From assembly GCA_038087875.1 (NCBI GenBank), contig CM075991.1:1612001-1676000 (forward strand): 64,000 bases of DNA, written 5' to 3'. This document shows positions 12,417 to 26,100 of the stretch, piece by piece (within the stretch, counting starts at the first letter, position 1; every line of letters starts with the position of its first letter). The DNA is from Malacoraja senta. Its lineage: Eukaryota. The notes under the pieces are model-generated. The model did no database searches. It was not told the origin of the DNA and saw only the letters and a program-made list of their open reading frames with translations. The position numbers and the translations under genes were made by a program.

Positions 12417-13327
12417 TCAGTTGCTTAACCTATTAATTAAATGAATACTTAAGGTGACCGGAAATTTTGCTGCGTTCATGAACTGCCATCTGAACTCTGA
12501 CTGAATTACCGCATAAATAAACGTGTTTGTGCAGCAACTCAGTGTGAGCAACATATATCCGGACTGTGAAAATATGTATTCTGAATCGTTGTAATTGTTG
12601 CGCCCTGCTACTACAAAGGTGTAATAAATGAAGTCAACAACATTTACAGACCACAGGAGTATGAAGCTGCCGGATATGGCGAACAGCAAAATTACAGACC
12701 TCCTCCTACTCTCCATCTCCTGGTCACTGCGGTTCTCCCCCTGGTTCTGACTTTTCAGGACCTTACGGACGCGATTTGCCAATAAAATGTGCCTGATTGT
12801 CAGTGCGTTGAGCAGCAGAATCAACGTAAAAGGGAGCAATGGGGTTAGAACAGTGTGCTGCCAGTCAAACGCCACCCACTCGGGATCCGTAAAATAGTTC
12901 GGCTTCTGATAGCAGTCCCAGGGTACGTTATCGACCATCTTCCCGGGCTCATATGCGAAGTAGTAAGGCACATTTTTTAAACAGAGCACGGCGCTGGTTG
13001 TTGCGAGAACCGCATTCGCAGTTTTCCCGGTGCAATATTTTGTTTTCAGTTTCTGGCAACAAATGGCAACAAATCGATCAAATGTGAAAGTGACCGTAAA
13101 CCACACGGAACAATCGATTGCTGAATATCCCAGGGCTGACACAAGACTGCACACGGGGGTGATGTCCAGAAATGTTCCAGGGAAATAATAATAACTGATC
13201 CGCCACAGTATGACCTCAGTGACGATAGTCAGTAAATCTGACGTTGCCATGGCCACCAGGTAGCGCGTGGTGCAGGAGGAGAGACCGCACCTTCCTCGGG
13301 ACAGGATCACAATCGCCACTAAATTCA
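12417..13327 (-). CDS. GPR139/GPR142-like class A GPCR, exon 2 (about 324 aa with exon 1), reading frame intact
   Basis: Hydrophobic TM segments, TM2 MATSDL, TM3 TFDRFVAIC, TM7 CCTNTFIY. AG acceptor at 13328-13329 with phase matching exon 1. Confidence 0.88.
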
Positions 13328-14805
13328 CTGGAGGAGCAAAGACTGATGTTACTGGCTAATTGTTTCGTGGATCCCTGGACAGACATGAGTTTGAGATTTA
13401 CAACAATTAAACTTTGATGCGGTGTCAGTTAGAGCCTTGAGACTTTAGAGGACTTGCTGGGCTACTATTCATCCATCCGCGTTTAAGGGGAGTGAAGGGA
13501 GAATCGAGCGTAGTATAATTCCCACATTATTTTTAAACTCACTGTTGGCTGCACTACTGCTCCAGTTTCCAACATGTAATGCTATCTTTCCAGGTTAATA
13601 GGGCAAACAATATTTTCCCTTTGTAGAATATCTTAAAATGTAAATTATGCTGTGATGTCGTACCAATAGAACTGCTGCCTATTATCCAGTACATCTGTTT
13701 TTTCGACACCGCCAGTGTAGGATGAGGGCAATCTGCCTATCCATTGCCTCATACAGAAGCTCGGGGAATCAAAGCAGGAGTAAACATGCACAACGTTTTA
13801 CAATAAATACATGGTTTCTCGAGTCCTTATTAAATTTCGGCTTTTGTTTTCATAAAGATAATGGAGCGTGTTCTGTCAACCGCAACACACCGCTCGAATT
13901 CGGCACAATCCAACCAGGACAGATCCTGCCTTTCAACCTTGGTCAATAGATGGTTAAGATAACGGCAGTAGTTGCAAAGCAAGGTTAACGGTCTCACACC
14001 GTGACCTTTTAATTAGGAAAGCCTTTAACTGAAATGAAGGCTCCCGGATCTGAACCATTCCCAGTTTTTCTTGCCATAGATTCTTCCTGTAATTTCCGCT
14101 TAAATTTACTGTCGAAATTAATTGCAAATAGTTGTTTTATAGGGATAGTGCAAAAAACGGAACGGCAGCTTTACTACAAGTGTCCAATGTTTTCTTTAAA
14201 TCAGATGGGAAAAGCCAGCGCTTTTTGCCGCGACAAACTGTCAACGAAGTCTTGTTGGTTCTACTTTCACCTCGGTCAAGTCAATGTAGAAGCAAACATA
14301 TGTGCAGTAACAATCTAATAATCCACTATCTGGCAATTCTGCACGCCCGCTGGTGTTTCCAGCGTTCCGGTGATCTGATGAACGCCCCGGCTCCATCCGC
14401 TCCTTAAAGTTATTGATTTACTGGCGGGTTATTTTTAATACTACGGAACGTTTAAAGATAATGATTAATAAAGGACAACATTCAGTAGTCTGAAAAACTC
14501 GCCATTCCGACACGATCAGTGCAGCGAATCGGAGTTTTTGACAGCGGAATTGAAATGACAAATCAACTAATGCGGACTGCAAATCTGCAACGCTAAACCT
14601 CTCTGGTCTTCATTCCAGAGTCTGGTTCATGTGCAATTTTGCTTATGCCGAGTAATAGAATAAAGCAAAAAGGGACATGAACGATAACAGACCTTATTCC
14701 TGACTTCTGCGTGAAGGCTATTTGTTAATACAATACGGTCCGAGGTGGAATGAATTCAACGACCACATACAAAAGTAAAACATGTTAGTTTGCCAATGTT
14801 CTTAC

Positions 14806-14869
14806 CAGGAACACCGATAACAGCAATGATCATATAAAACACTTTTCTCACATCGAAAAATGTAAACAT
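14806..14869 (-). CDS. GPR139/GPR142-like GPCR, exon 1 (MFTFFDVRKVFYMIIAVIGVP)
   Basis: ATG at 14869, first half of TM1, then a G|GTAAG phase-1 donor. Splicing gives IGVPVNLVAI. Confidence 0.82.
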
Positions 14870-16134
14870 GTTTTGTGAGTGTGCCGGCAGACTTTCCGAT
14901 GGAAACTCTGAGGCAACCCATCTGCACGTCCTCAATTTATACCGTGCTGTTTTTCCGCTATAACGCTGAGCGTTCAATGTGTCCAAAACAGATGTTAAAC
15001 AATCGAGTCATTCGAGTTAAATCCCAGCGGAAATTAGAAATAAGTAATTCTGCGCCAGATTGCAAAATCTCAAACACAAAGTTATCGCGATGCAAGAAGT
15101 CAGTGCAGATTGTCGTGTGAAACACTCTCAGGCTGAATTCCCCATTTCATATTGTCTCATACGATATCTGTTACTCTGCTCAAATGATATTCTCATGAAA
15201 TGTCCAATGTTGTACTATCCGCACAAATGGTCTTTGTCAGCGGACGCTCCAACAGGTGAAGAACTCCGTGGTGTGTAGTCCCTTATTTTGCACATCCAAT
15301 TCAAGAAGCATCTCAACCTAACGGAATACTCAAACCTTGGCAAACTTCAAAGTAATACAGATCCTGAAAATAATTGAGGCGTCATGCATTCCCTAACAAT
15401 GTACTGCCCCACTGAAAGAAACCAATCAAACCACCATATTGTAGACTCTCGAAATGGTATAGGTGGTTGGGCAGACGGATGAAGTAATTAAAACTGCACA
15501 GACCAATTCTCATCGTTCTGTGGCTGATAAAAGCGTCCAGGACGGCATTTTGCATTGTCTTACCATATACCATGCCCCATTGAATGGCAGACGTGGGCTA
15601 CGATCGGTTGCTTGTCACACTGTGGCGCATGTCTCATTGAATGATGAAGCTGAGCGGCGGTATAGTCTCCGGTCGTCATACCATTGAATGGCAGACCGAG
15701 ACGTCGATATGCAGTGTGTCATTATCTCTTTCAAATTAAAATAGCCCAAGTTACAGCAGTCGTTAATCTTGTCGTTTAATTACAAACCACATTTGGCTAT
15801 ATGTGTCGATACATAATTAGATTTTCTGTGAATTCAAGTTGGACTAATTAACCCACAATGCCTTTAAACTCATACTTTTCATTCTAATCTGTACATTCTT
15901 CCTAACAATGGCATCAGTTTGATTTTGAATCTGTCATTAGCATTCCGTGTATAGATTTCAGGATGTCCATTCCAGCTCATTTGGTCTTTAAATAGAGAAT
16001 TATTCTGCATGTGATCCGTGTACATATAGTCCTCATCTACAGTACGTCGTCATCTCCCATCCAAATCATCTACAGTGTTCATTTCCTGACGCCACGACAA
16101 TGTATTCCCTTTCTCAGGGTTACATAATACATGG

Positions 16135-16499
16135 ATACATAGACAATAGGTGCAGGACTAGGCCATTCGGCCATTCGAGCCAGCACGCCATTCAATGTGA
16201 TCATGGCTGATCATCCACAATCAATACCCCGTTCCTGACCTCTCCCCATACCCCTTGATTCCGCTAGCCGAGGCGCTCTATCCAACTGTCTTTTGAATGT
16301 ATCCAGAGAATCGGCCTCCACTGCCTTCTGAGGCAAAGAATTCCACAAATTCACAACTACGTGAAAAGGTTTTTCCTCATGTCGGTTCTAAATGGACTAC
16401 CCCTTATTCTTGAACTGTAGCCCCTGGTTCTGGACTCCCCCAACGTAGGGAACATGTTTCCTGCATCTAACATCCAATCCCTTGATAATTTTATAGGTT
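16135..16499 (-). mobile_element. CR1 3' end; the element continues at ~22207 beyond the Helitron chain
   Basis: CR1 3'UTR and C-terminal coding sequence stop at GATAATTTTATAGGTT and resume in register at ~22207. Confidence 0.8.
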
Positions 16500-16614
16500 A
16501 CTGGACCAAGGGGGTCCAGTTGGGTCCCGTCCCCTCAACGCGCGGTTGCGGGGGTGAGGGGGGGGGGAGCTGCGGCGTCGTACACACACTAACCACCCGC
16601 ATATACACAGGGTG

Positions 16615-17520
16615 TGGAGTGGGAGGGGGGAGAGGAGAGGGGGGAGGAGAGTGGGGGAGGGGAGAATGGGATGCGAGAGGGGGGAGAGAGGGGGAGGGGG
16701 GAGAGAGAGGAGGGGGAGAGATGGGGGAGTGGGGGGAAGGGTGGGGAGAGGGGGGAAGGTAGTGGAGGGGGGAGAGGGATGCGGGGAGTGGGGGGAGAGA
16801 GTGGGCAAAGGGGGAGGTGGAGGGGAAGGGGAGGGGGGTGGGGCTGGAGGGGGGGAGTGGTGGCAGAGAGGGGAGGGAGATGGGGAGGGAAGGGGGAGCC
16901 AGAGGAGGAGGGGAGAGAGGGGGAGTGGGGGACAGTAGGGGGAGAGGGGGAGGGGAGGGGGAGGGAGAGATGGAGGGGGAGTGGAGGTGTGGGGTGGAGG
17001 GAGGGCAGAGGGGTGGAGGAGGAGGGGGGAGAGGAAGGGGAAGGGGAGAGAGAGGATGGGGGAGATAGGGGGTAGTGGGGAGAGGGGGGAAGGGAGGGGG
17101 GGGGAGGGGGAAGAGAGGGGATGGGAGGTTCGGCAGAGGGGGAGAGAGAGGAGGGGGAGAGAGGGGGGAGGGGGAGAGAGAGGAGGGGAGAGAGAGTAGA
17201 GGGGACAGAGGAGGGGGGAGAAGAAGAGGGGGGCAGAGGGGGAGAGATGAGGGGTAGAGGAGGGGGAGGGGGAGGGAGGGGTGGAGGGATGAGGGGGAGG
17301 GGTGGGGGTAGTGGGAGGGAGGCAGTGGGGGGAGGAGAGAGAGGAGGGAGAGGGGCGGTAGAGGGGATGAGCGGGGGGAGAGGGGAAGGGATGGAGGGGG
17401 GGAGAGCATAGAGGGGAAAGAGGGGGGAGAGAGGGGGGAGAGAGGAGGGGGGAAAGAGGGGGAACGAGGAGAGCGGAGGAGGGAGAGGCTGGGAGAGGAG
17501 GTGGGGGAGAAGAGGAGGCC
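16615..17520 (+). repeat. G/A-rich low-complexity tract
   Basis: About 900 bp almost entirely G and A, with many G runs. Confidence 0.95.
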
Positions 17521-18070
17521 GCTGCGGACGGCCGACCGAGTGCGAGTGGACTGTGAGTCGGGAGGCGATAAAATGACTTTAGGCGGAGGAGGGGTATGGG
17601 TTACTGTAACTCGTCATCGGCATCAATCCAAAGCGGGGGGGGGGGGGGGAAGGTGGGCTAGGAATCTGGCGGGGCGGGGCGGGGCGGCGCGCGGCGCTGC
17701 GGACGGCAGGCCAGCCGACTGTGAGCGAGAGGAGCCATTGTGACGTCATGCAGCTTGTGAGATTTTTAAAAGATGTCAGATTTGTGAACAATTTTAATAA
17801 AAAACTCGGCACGTAATGAACCAAATTTTCAGATGGGGGGGGGGGGGGGGTGGGGGGGGATATTGAATTCATGAGGTAAATCTCTACCGGAATATGTAAA
17901 CATTTCACCGTTACCGCGTCGGGTTTCGAGCAGATGTGAATGAAAGAAAATGTTCAAGCAAGCAAGTAAACCACAAGTAAACATCCAAGATCAGACTTCT
18001 AATAGACCAAGGGGGACCCGTTGGGTCCCGTCCCCACAACGCGCGGTTGCCGGGGGAGGGCCTTCGGGCG

Positions 18071-18127
<57 letters not shown>

Positions 18128-20093
18128 CCACCCCCCACACACACCAACCCCCCCCCCCGTTGATATTATATTAATATTATTCATTCGCTCCTTTTACCCC
18201 ACCCCGCCCAAACCATTCACGCATAACCCCAACTGTGCAGGCGCGGCTAGAGAGGGGGGGGGGGTTGGAGAGGGAGGGGAGGGGGTAGAGAGAGGGAGGG
18301 GCAGAGATTGAGGGGTGTGGGGCGCGACTTCACAGGGGAGGGCTGGTTCCCTAACGGAATACCCCACCACTCACCCATAGGTCCCAATATTCACCACTCG
18401 CTGGAGATGGAGGGGGGGGGGGGGCAGAGAGGGAGGGGGGAGGGCAGAGAGAGAGGGGGGGGGCAGAGAGGGAGGGAGGGCCAGAGAGGAAACGGGGGGA
18501 GTGGCAGAGAGTGTGGGGGCCAGAGAGGGGGGCAGAGACGAAGGGCCCCTCCCCTACTCTCCTCCTCCCTCCCCCCTTTCCTCTACCCCTTCCCCCCCTC
18601 TCCTCTCCCTCTCCCCCTCCCCCGTTCCATTCCCCCCTCTCCTCCGCCCCTCTCCATTCTCCCCTCCACCCCTCCCTCTCTACCCCCTCTCCCCCAGTCC
18701 CTCCACCCCCGCTCTCTCCCCCCCACTCTCTCCCCCCACTCTCCCCCCCCCACTCTCTCCCCCCACTCTCTCTCTCTCTTTCTCTGCACCGGGGAGGGGG
18801 CAGAGAGGGAGGGGGAGGGTGTAGAGGCAGTACCTAACCAGGTCATAGAGCAGAACTCGCCCCATCAGGCGCCGGGCCCGAGCTAGGCTGCGACCGGCGT
18901 GGACCAGAGCAAGGTCCGGAGCGATCTGAGGATGGTGAAAAGCAGCGGAGGGCCGGCCGATCGTGGCTTCCGCGAGTGTAAGCCCACCAGCGTGACAGAC
19001 GTTGAAAATTCTGCGCAGCTTGCCGCGAGGAGCAAAGGCATTGTGACGTCATCCAGCTCGCTTCAGCACGTTAGATTTAAAAAAGTTGTCAGATTGGTGA
19101 ACAATTTTAGTAAAACACTCGGGATATAATGAATCAAGTTTTCAGATGAGGGGATTTTTGAAATCATGAGGTAAATCTCTACCGGAATATGTAAAAATAT
19201 CACCTTTACCGCGTCAGGTTTTCGAGGAGATGTGAATGAAATAAAAAGTGCAAGCAAGCAAGCAAACCAACAAGTAAACAACCAAGATCAGACTTTTATA
19301 ATTTACTAGACCAAGTGGGACCCGTTGGGTCCCGTCCCCTCAACGCGCATTTGCAGGGGGGGGGGGCTGCGGCGTCACACACACACAGTAAGCACCCTCC
19401 TTGATATTATATTAATATTATTCATTTGCTCCTTTTACCCAATCCCTGCCCTATCCATTGACGCAAAGCACCGAACTCGCAGGCGCGTCTAGAGAGGGTG
19501 AGGGATTAGAGAGAGAGGGCAGAGAGAGAGGGCAGAGACAGAGAGAGCGGCAGGGACAGAGAGAGAGGAAAGGGGGTGGAAGGGAGGGGAGAGGGGAAAG
19601 GGGAGGGGAGAGAGAGGAGGGGGGGAGAGAGAGAGAGAAGGGGGGGGAGAGAGAGAAAGGGGGAGAAGGGGAAGAAAGAGAAGGGGGGAGTGGGGGAAAG
19701 GTACGGGGTGGAGGGAGGGGGAGAGATCTCCCACCCCTGTCCCATTGTGATTGTACATCTGTGAGATGGCTCTGTGACTCATGCAGCTGTGTGATTTTAG
19801 TGGACCACGTGAAGGTTCCATTCTCCCACACCTGTCTCATTGTGATGTCATATATGTAAATGAGATCCATTGTGATTGGACATCTGTGAGGTGGCACTGA
19901 CTCATGCAGCAGTTAGATTTTAACATTTGTTTATGTTTTGTGAACAATTGTATTCAAAATCTGGGGAAATAATTGACCCAAATCTAGAGAGGAGTGCATT
20001 TATGAAATCGCAAGTTAAATCCCTACCGAAATTGTTAAAGGCTTCGCGTTTTTGCGTCTGGTTTTCGAGAAAATACGTTTCACATGCAAAATG

Positions 20094-20278
<185 letters not shown>

Positions 20279-20384
20279 GTTTTAATAGAAACTAGACCAA
20301 GTGCAGACCTGTTAGGTCTGTGCCCCCAACGCGCGGTTGCGAGGAGAGGGGGCGGCCTGAGGCGTCACACACACACTAACCAAC

Positions 20385-20415
<31 letters not shown>

Positions 20416-20441
20416 GCACACACACACACACACTAACCACC

Positions 20442-20478
<37 letters not shown>

Positions 20479-20569
20479 CCACCCCCATTAATATTATATT
20501 AATATTATTAATTCACTCCTTTTACCCCATGCCCTGCTATATCCATTCACACATAGCCCCCAATTCGCA

Positions 20570-21360
20570 GGCACGGAGGGGGAGACGGAGGCACAGAGAG
20601 GGAGACAGAGGAACAGAGAGGGAGACACGGAGGCACAGAGAGGGAGACACGGAGGCACAGAGAGGGAGACACGGAGGCACAGAGAGAGACACGGAGGCAC
20701 AGAGAGAGACACGGAGGCACAGAGAGAGACACGGTGGCACAAAGGGACACGGAGGCACAGAGAGGGACACGGAGGCACAGAGAAGGACACGGAGGCATAG
20801 AGACGGACACGGAGGCACACAGAGAGGGACACTGAGGCACAGAGAAGGACACGGAGGCACAGAGAGGGACACGGAGGCACACAGAGAGGGGCACGGAGGC
20901 ACAGAGAGGGACACGGAGGCACAGAGAGGGACACGGAGGCACAGAAAGGGGCACAGAGAGGGACGCGGAGGCACACGGAGAGGGACACGGAGGCACACAG
21001 AGAGGGACACAGAGGCACACAGAGAGGGACACGGAGGCACACAGAGAGGGACGAGCAGCCACACAGAGAGGGACACGGAGCCACACAGAGAGGAACACGG
21101 AGGCACACACAGAGAGGGTCACGGAGGCACACAGAGAGGGACACGGAGGCACACAGAGAGGGACACGGAGGCACACAGAGAGGGACACGGAGGCACACAG
21201 AGAGGGACACGGAGGCACACAGAGAGGGACACGGAGGCACACAGAGAGGGACACGGAGGCACACAGAGAGGGACACAGAGGCACACACAGAGATAGGCAC
21301 ACAGAGAGGGACACACAGAGAGGGACACACAGAGAGGGGCACAGAAAGGGACACAGAGGC
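20570..21360. repeat. 20-22-bp minisatellite GAGGCAC(AC)AGAGAGGGACACG inside a Helitron
   Basis: Direct reading of tandem units. Confidence 0.95.
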
Positions 21361-21731
21361 AGGGTAGCTTCCAGCCTTTTGGAGCGGACGATCAAAAGCA
21401 GCAGAGGGCCGGCCGATCGAGAGATAGGGGAGAGAGAGAGAGGGGGAGAGAGAGAGAGGAGGGGAGAGAGGGGAAGGGGGAGAGGGGAGGGGGAGAGAGG
21501 GGAGGGGGGATGTGGAGAGAGGGGAGGGGGAGGGGGGAGAAGGGGTGGGTGAAGGGAGGGGGAAGAAGGGAGGGAGGAGAGGGGTAGGGCCGCCCAGCAG
21601 CCGTCGGCCTCAGAGTGAGACTCAGCTCCATGGCCTCGCATCCTCGGCGCTTCAGACCCCGAGTACGGGGAGGGGGGGGGGTGTAGTGGGCGGGGCGGTC
21701 ACCTCCGGATCTGCAGAACGCTCGTTCTTTC

Positions 21732-21762
21732 CAAAGATCCTATAGCCGCTATAGGATCTTTG
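21732..21762. mobile_element. 31-bp palindromic hAT-type micro-element
   Basis: CAAAGATCCTATAGC-C-GCTATAGGATCTTTG flanked by GTTCTTTC / GTTATTTC (8-bp duplication, 7/8 match). Confidence 0.7.
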
Positions 21763-22206
21763 GTTATTTCTGCGCAATTTGAACAACGGGGAGGGGGGGG
21801 GGGGAGTTGGAGCGGGCGGGCGAGTCGAGATGCGGGTGGCGTGGCACGAGCGTACTTGGAGCAGGAGGGGGGGGGGGTGGAGGAGAGCCGGGCTGCGAAA
21901 TTAAGAGAGAGAGAGAAGCGGCTTGAATTGGTCGGCATGTGAGCATTGTGACGTCAGCAGCTTGTAAGAGCCGTTTAGATCTTAAAAATTGAGATTTGTT
22001 AGAGTTTTGTGATCAATTTTACTCAAAATCTGGGGAAATAATTGACCAAGGATGTGCGAATGTAAAAGTAAAATCGCAAGCGAAATGGTAAAAATCTCGG
22101 CGTTTTTGCGCCTGGTTTGCACGGAGTAACGAATCAAATGCAAAACGCCGTACACCCGCACACACACAGAGTTTTAAAAGTATATAGATATATGATATGA
22201 TATGAT

Positions 22207-24280
22207 AAAAGAATCCCTCTCATCCTTCTGAAATCAAATGAATACAAGCCCAGTCGCTCCATTCTTTCATCATATGACAGTCCTGCCATCCTGGGAATTA
22301 ACCTCGTGAACCCACGCTGCACTCCCTCAATAGCAAAAATGTCCTTCCTCAAATTAGGAGACCAGAATTGTACACAATACTCCAGGTGTGGTCTCACGAA
22401 GGCCCTGTGCAATTGCAGAAGGACCTCTTTGCTCCAATACTTAACGCCTCTCATTATGAAGGCCAACATGCCATTAGGTTTCTTCACTGCCTGTTGTACC
22501 TGTATGCTTACTTTCCGTGACTGATGCATTAGGACACTCAGGTCTCGTTGTACTTCCCCTTTTCCTAACCTGACACCATTCAGATAATAATCTGCCTTCC
22601 CGTTCTTGCCTCCAAAGTGGGTAACCTCACATTTATCCACATTATACTGCCATGCATCTGCCCACTCACCCAACCTGTCCAAGTCACTCGGATTCCTCAT
22701 AGCGTCCTCTTTGGAGTTCACACTGCCACACAATTTGATAATGTTACTTGTAATTCCTTCATCTCAATCATTAATGTATATTGTAAATAGCTGCAGCCCC
22801 AGCACAGAGCCTCGAGGCACCCCACTAGTCACTGCCTGCCATTCTGAAAATCCCTACTCTTTATTTCCTGTCTACCAACCAATTTTCTATCCATGTCAAT
22901 ACACGACCTCCAATACCATGTGCTCTAATTTTGCCCACTAATCTCCTGTGTGGGACCATATCAAACGCATTCTGAAAGTCCAGGTACACTACATCCACTG
23001 ACTCTCCCTTGCGCATTTTACGTATTACATCCTCAAAAAATTCCAGAAGATTTGTCAATCTTGATCTCCCCTTCGTAAATGTATGCTGACTTGGACTGAT
23101 CCTGTTACCGCTATCCAAATGCACCGCTATTACATCTTTGATAATCGACTCCAGCATCTTCCCCACCACCGATGTCAGGCTAACTCGTCTAAAATTCCCT
23201 GCTTTCTCTCTCCCTCCTTTCTTGAAAAGTGGGATAACATTAGCTACCCTCCAGGAACTGATCCAGAATCTATAGAACAGTGGAAAATGATCACCAATTT
23301 GTCCACCATTTCTCAAGCCACCTCATTGAGTACCCTGGGATGCAGACCACCAAGCCCTAGGGATTTGACAGCCTTCAGTCCCATCAGTGTACCCAACACC
23401 ATCTCCTGACATGTGAATTTCCTTAAATCTAAATCCCTGCTCCCTGCACCAACCTCTCAGCCACAGATTTAGATCCCCTATCTCCCTGTTCCTGCCCTCA
23501 CCAGCACGAGGTACTGGAAACAATCCAGATATAACCACCCTAGATCTCTTGCTTTTCAGCCTTCTTCCTAACTCTCCAAACTCATGTTGCAGAACCTCCC
23601 TCTTCTTCCCAACGTCGTTTGTGCTCACGTGCACAAACACTTGCGGCTGATCACCCTCCCTCTTGAGGATGTTCTGAAGTCGGTCCGAGATATCCTGAAC
23701 CCTGGCAGGTAACAAACCATCCTTGAGTCTTGCCAGCTGCCACAGAATCTCCTGTCCGCACCTCACACAATGGAGTCACCCACCAGTATGGCTCTGCCGG
23801 TCGATTCTGATCGCTAGTATTGGAGCCACCGACTTGTCCACCTCTCGGACTGGAAGCGTCGTCTGCCAGATGCCAAGAGGGTGTACCTGTTATCATTAGG
23901 TGCAGCCTAATGATAACACTCCACGTTTACTCCTCTTTCTCATAGTCACCCACCTTCGCTCCTCCAGTATCCTTAGTGTGACAACCTCACTGTAGGTCCT
24001 GTCCAGGAAACTCATTTTCCCGGATGGCCCTGGGGTCATCCAGCTGCTGCTCCAGTTCCCCAACACATTCATTCGGCACCTGCACCTGGACACAATTTCT
24101 GCAGGTGTAATTGTCAGAAGTACGAGCGATGTCCCTGCCTTCCCACATCCTACAGGATACATACTGTACCAACTTGCCTGCGTCTCTTTAGTGGACAAAA
24201 AAAAATCACAAATTTCGAATCGCGTAGCCTCCTTGTCTCGGCCTCGTCGCCGAAGACTCTCGAACCAAAGACTCACACTT
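22207..24280 (-). mobile_element. Degraded CR1 (RT part joined by an internal deletion at ~23420 to ORF1 esterase)
   Basis: ORF2 peptides YLDFQNAFD and RPHLEYCVQFWSP. ORF1 peptides HVSTNDVG, CRMW, CRNC and ELEQQLDD. Confidence 0.85.
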
Positions 24281-24309
24281 TACTCACCACTCAAGCCAAA
24301 GATTCATGG

Positions 24310-25085
24310 GCCTGTGAAGACGATTTTTCAGCGGACTGCCGGCGACTGTCAAGTTGCCGGCAGTCGCCTGAAAAACCAAGAACTGGAACGGCGACTGTCA
24401 GAGTGGAACACACACAAATGAACACATCGCAAATACAGGTGTCAGGGCAAGCGGGGGGAGCGCTGTCTGAAATTCACCCGGTGCAAAGCCAAGGTGATAC
24501 AGACACACACCGCGATGAACAGGAAGGTTGGCACTGTAATTAAGACAGCTTTAAGCACAGTGTACAGTAAGTCCTTTAAAAGAGGGGGGAGAGAGGGGGG
24601 GAGTGAAGGGGGGAGAGGCAGAGGGCGGTGGGGCGAGAAGGGGGGGGAGAAGGGGGGGGAAGACAACTTTTAAGAACCCAGACTACCTTTAATAAGCCAG
24701 AGATACACAGCTGTGAAGTTCGGCAGACATTTAACATTGCTGGTCGGTTATGGGCCTGTCCCACCCAGGTGACATTTTCTGCGACTCATAGACTCTGCGC
24801 TCGCTACATTGTCGCCACATGTTCGCTGGTGGTCTCTGGTGAGTCTCCTTCATGGTGGTGAGGAGATCCCGCATTCTGGGAACTAGTCGCGGCCTCAGTA
24901 TGGTCGTCGAAAATGTTTCAACATGTTGAACATTTTTCTGCGACCAAAAATTGGTTGCCATGGAGAAAATCGATAATCCTGTAGTCGTCGGTGCAGTAGT
25001 GGGGTCGCCATGTAGTCGTAGGTAGTCGAGGTAGTCGTAGGTAGTTGTAGTTAATCGCCTTTGCTGACCGGTCATTTTCATTGGC
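24310..25085. mobile_element. Possible non-autonomous DNA transposon fragments (GGGCCTGTCCCAC-type ends, internal hairpin)
   Basis: ATGGGCCTGT occurs at ~24306 and ~24750. Imperfect hairpin at ~24325-24375. No matching right end found. Confidence 0.35.
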
Positions 25086-25220
25086 TCATTGCAAAAAAAG
25101 GTATGTAAACAGCTGCATGTGGTGCGTTGTCATTCCAGTGCGCGGTCATTGCGCAATTTCTCTACTTGTGATGCCACTTTCAAGGAACTAGGCACTTGCA
25201 GTCATAAATCTCTTTATAAT

Positions 25221-25300
25221 CAGGGGTCGGCAACCTTGTTCTGCATAGGGGCCAGGACCCATGTCTGTGAGCGGATGGCGGGCCACATCTATCGCCATCG
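25221..25300 (+). mobile_element. Possible hAT (Charlie-like) left end, truncated
   Basis: Starts CAGGGGTCGGCAACCT, a typical vertebrate hAT MITE terminus. No partner TIR found. Confidence 0.4.
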
Positions 25301-25471
25301 TTAATAAATGGAGGTAATAAAAATACATACTAACTAAATTAGTAATTAGTAATAACACATATTAATAATACATAAATTAGGAATACTACATACTAATAAT
25401 ACATATTACCTAGTGTGACACTGTGTTATTTTTCGCATTAATGTTCACGAGTTTTTCCCATTAGTTTTCTA

Positions 25472-25820
25472 CAGTTCCCAGATCCCTCGCGTCGCCGGGA
25501 CTGGCTGCAGTTCCCAGATCAGCTCGTGTCTCCCGGACCAAAGATCTTATAGCTATAGGATCTTTGCCCCGGACTGGCTGCAATACCCAGGTCGGCTGCG
25601 TACCCCCGGGGCTGGCTGTAGTTCCCAGATCCCTCGCGCACCCGGGACTTGCTGCAGTTCCCAGGTCGCCTGCGTGCCGCGGGACTGGCTGCAGTTCCCA
25701 GATCCCTCGCGTGCCCCGGGACTAGCTGCGTTTTCCGGATCCATCGCGAGCCCCGGGACCAGCTGTAGAGTTCCCAGATCCCTCGCGTCCCCGGGACTGG
25801 CTGCAGTTCCCAGGTCTCGC
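25472..25820. repeat. ~37-bp GC-rich minisatellite (GCAGTTCCCAGATCCCTCGCGTCCCCGGGACTGGCT)
   Basis: About 9 diverged units. Confidence 0.85.
25539..25566. mobile_element. 28-bp palindromic hAT-type micro-element
   Basis: CAAAGATCTTATAGCTATAGGATCTTTG flanked by TCCCGGAC / CCCCGGAC. Confidence 0.7.
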
Positions 25821-25874
25821 AAACGAATTGAAAAAAAAATACGCCTGCGTGCCGGATGATTTCGGGTTACGGGC

Positions 25875-26060
25875 CGCACGTCTTTGGGGTGTGGGGTGAA
25901 ACTATAGGATCTTTGGGTGAAAGCAGAGCACCTGGGAGAACCCGTGCGGTCACAGAGAGAATGTTCAAACTACGCACAGACAACACCCGCTATTGGGAAC
26001 AGATCCGGGTGTCTGGTATTGTGCGGCAACAGATATACCAGTTGCGCCACTGTGCCGCCA
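25875..26060 (-). mobile_element. tRNA-derived SINE, degraded
   Basis: Minus strand starts GGCGGCACAGTGGCGCA (A-box-like). Homologous to 60415-60600. Confidence 0.7.
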
Positions 26061-26100
26061 TACTATGACTGTCTGCCGCGTCCCTTCTCTGCTTCTATTC

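Noticed and set aside
14870..14986. N-terminal extension of GPCR exon 1 suggested by the ORF track
   Set aside because: It starts at TTG. The paralogue begins at an ATG equivalent to 14869. An upstream exon cannot be excluded.
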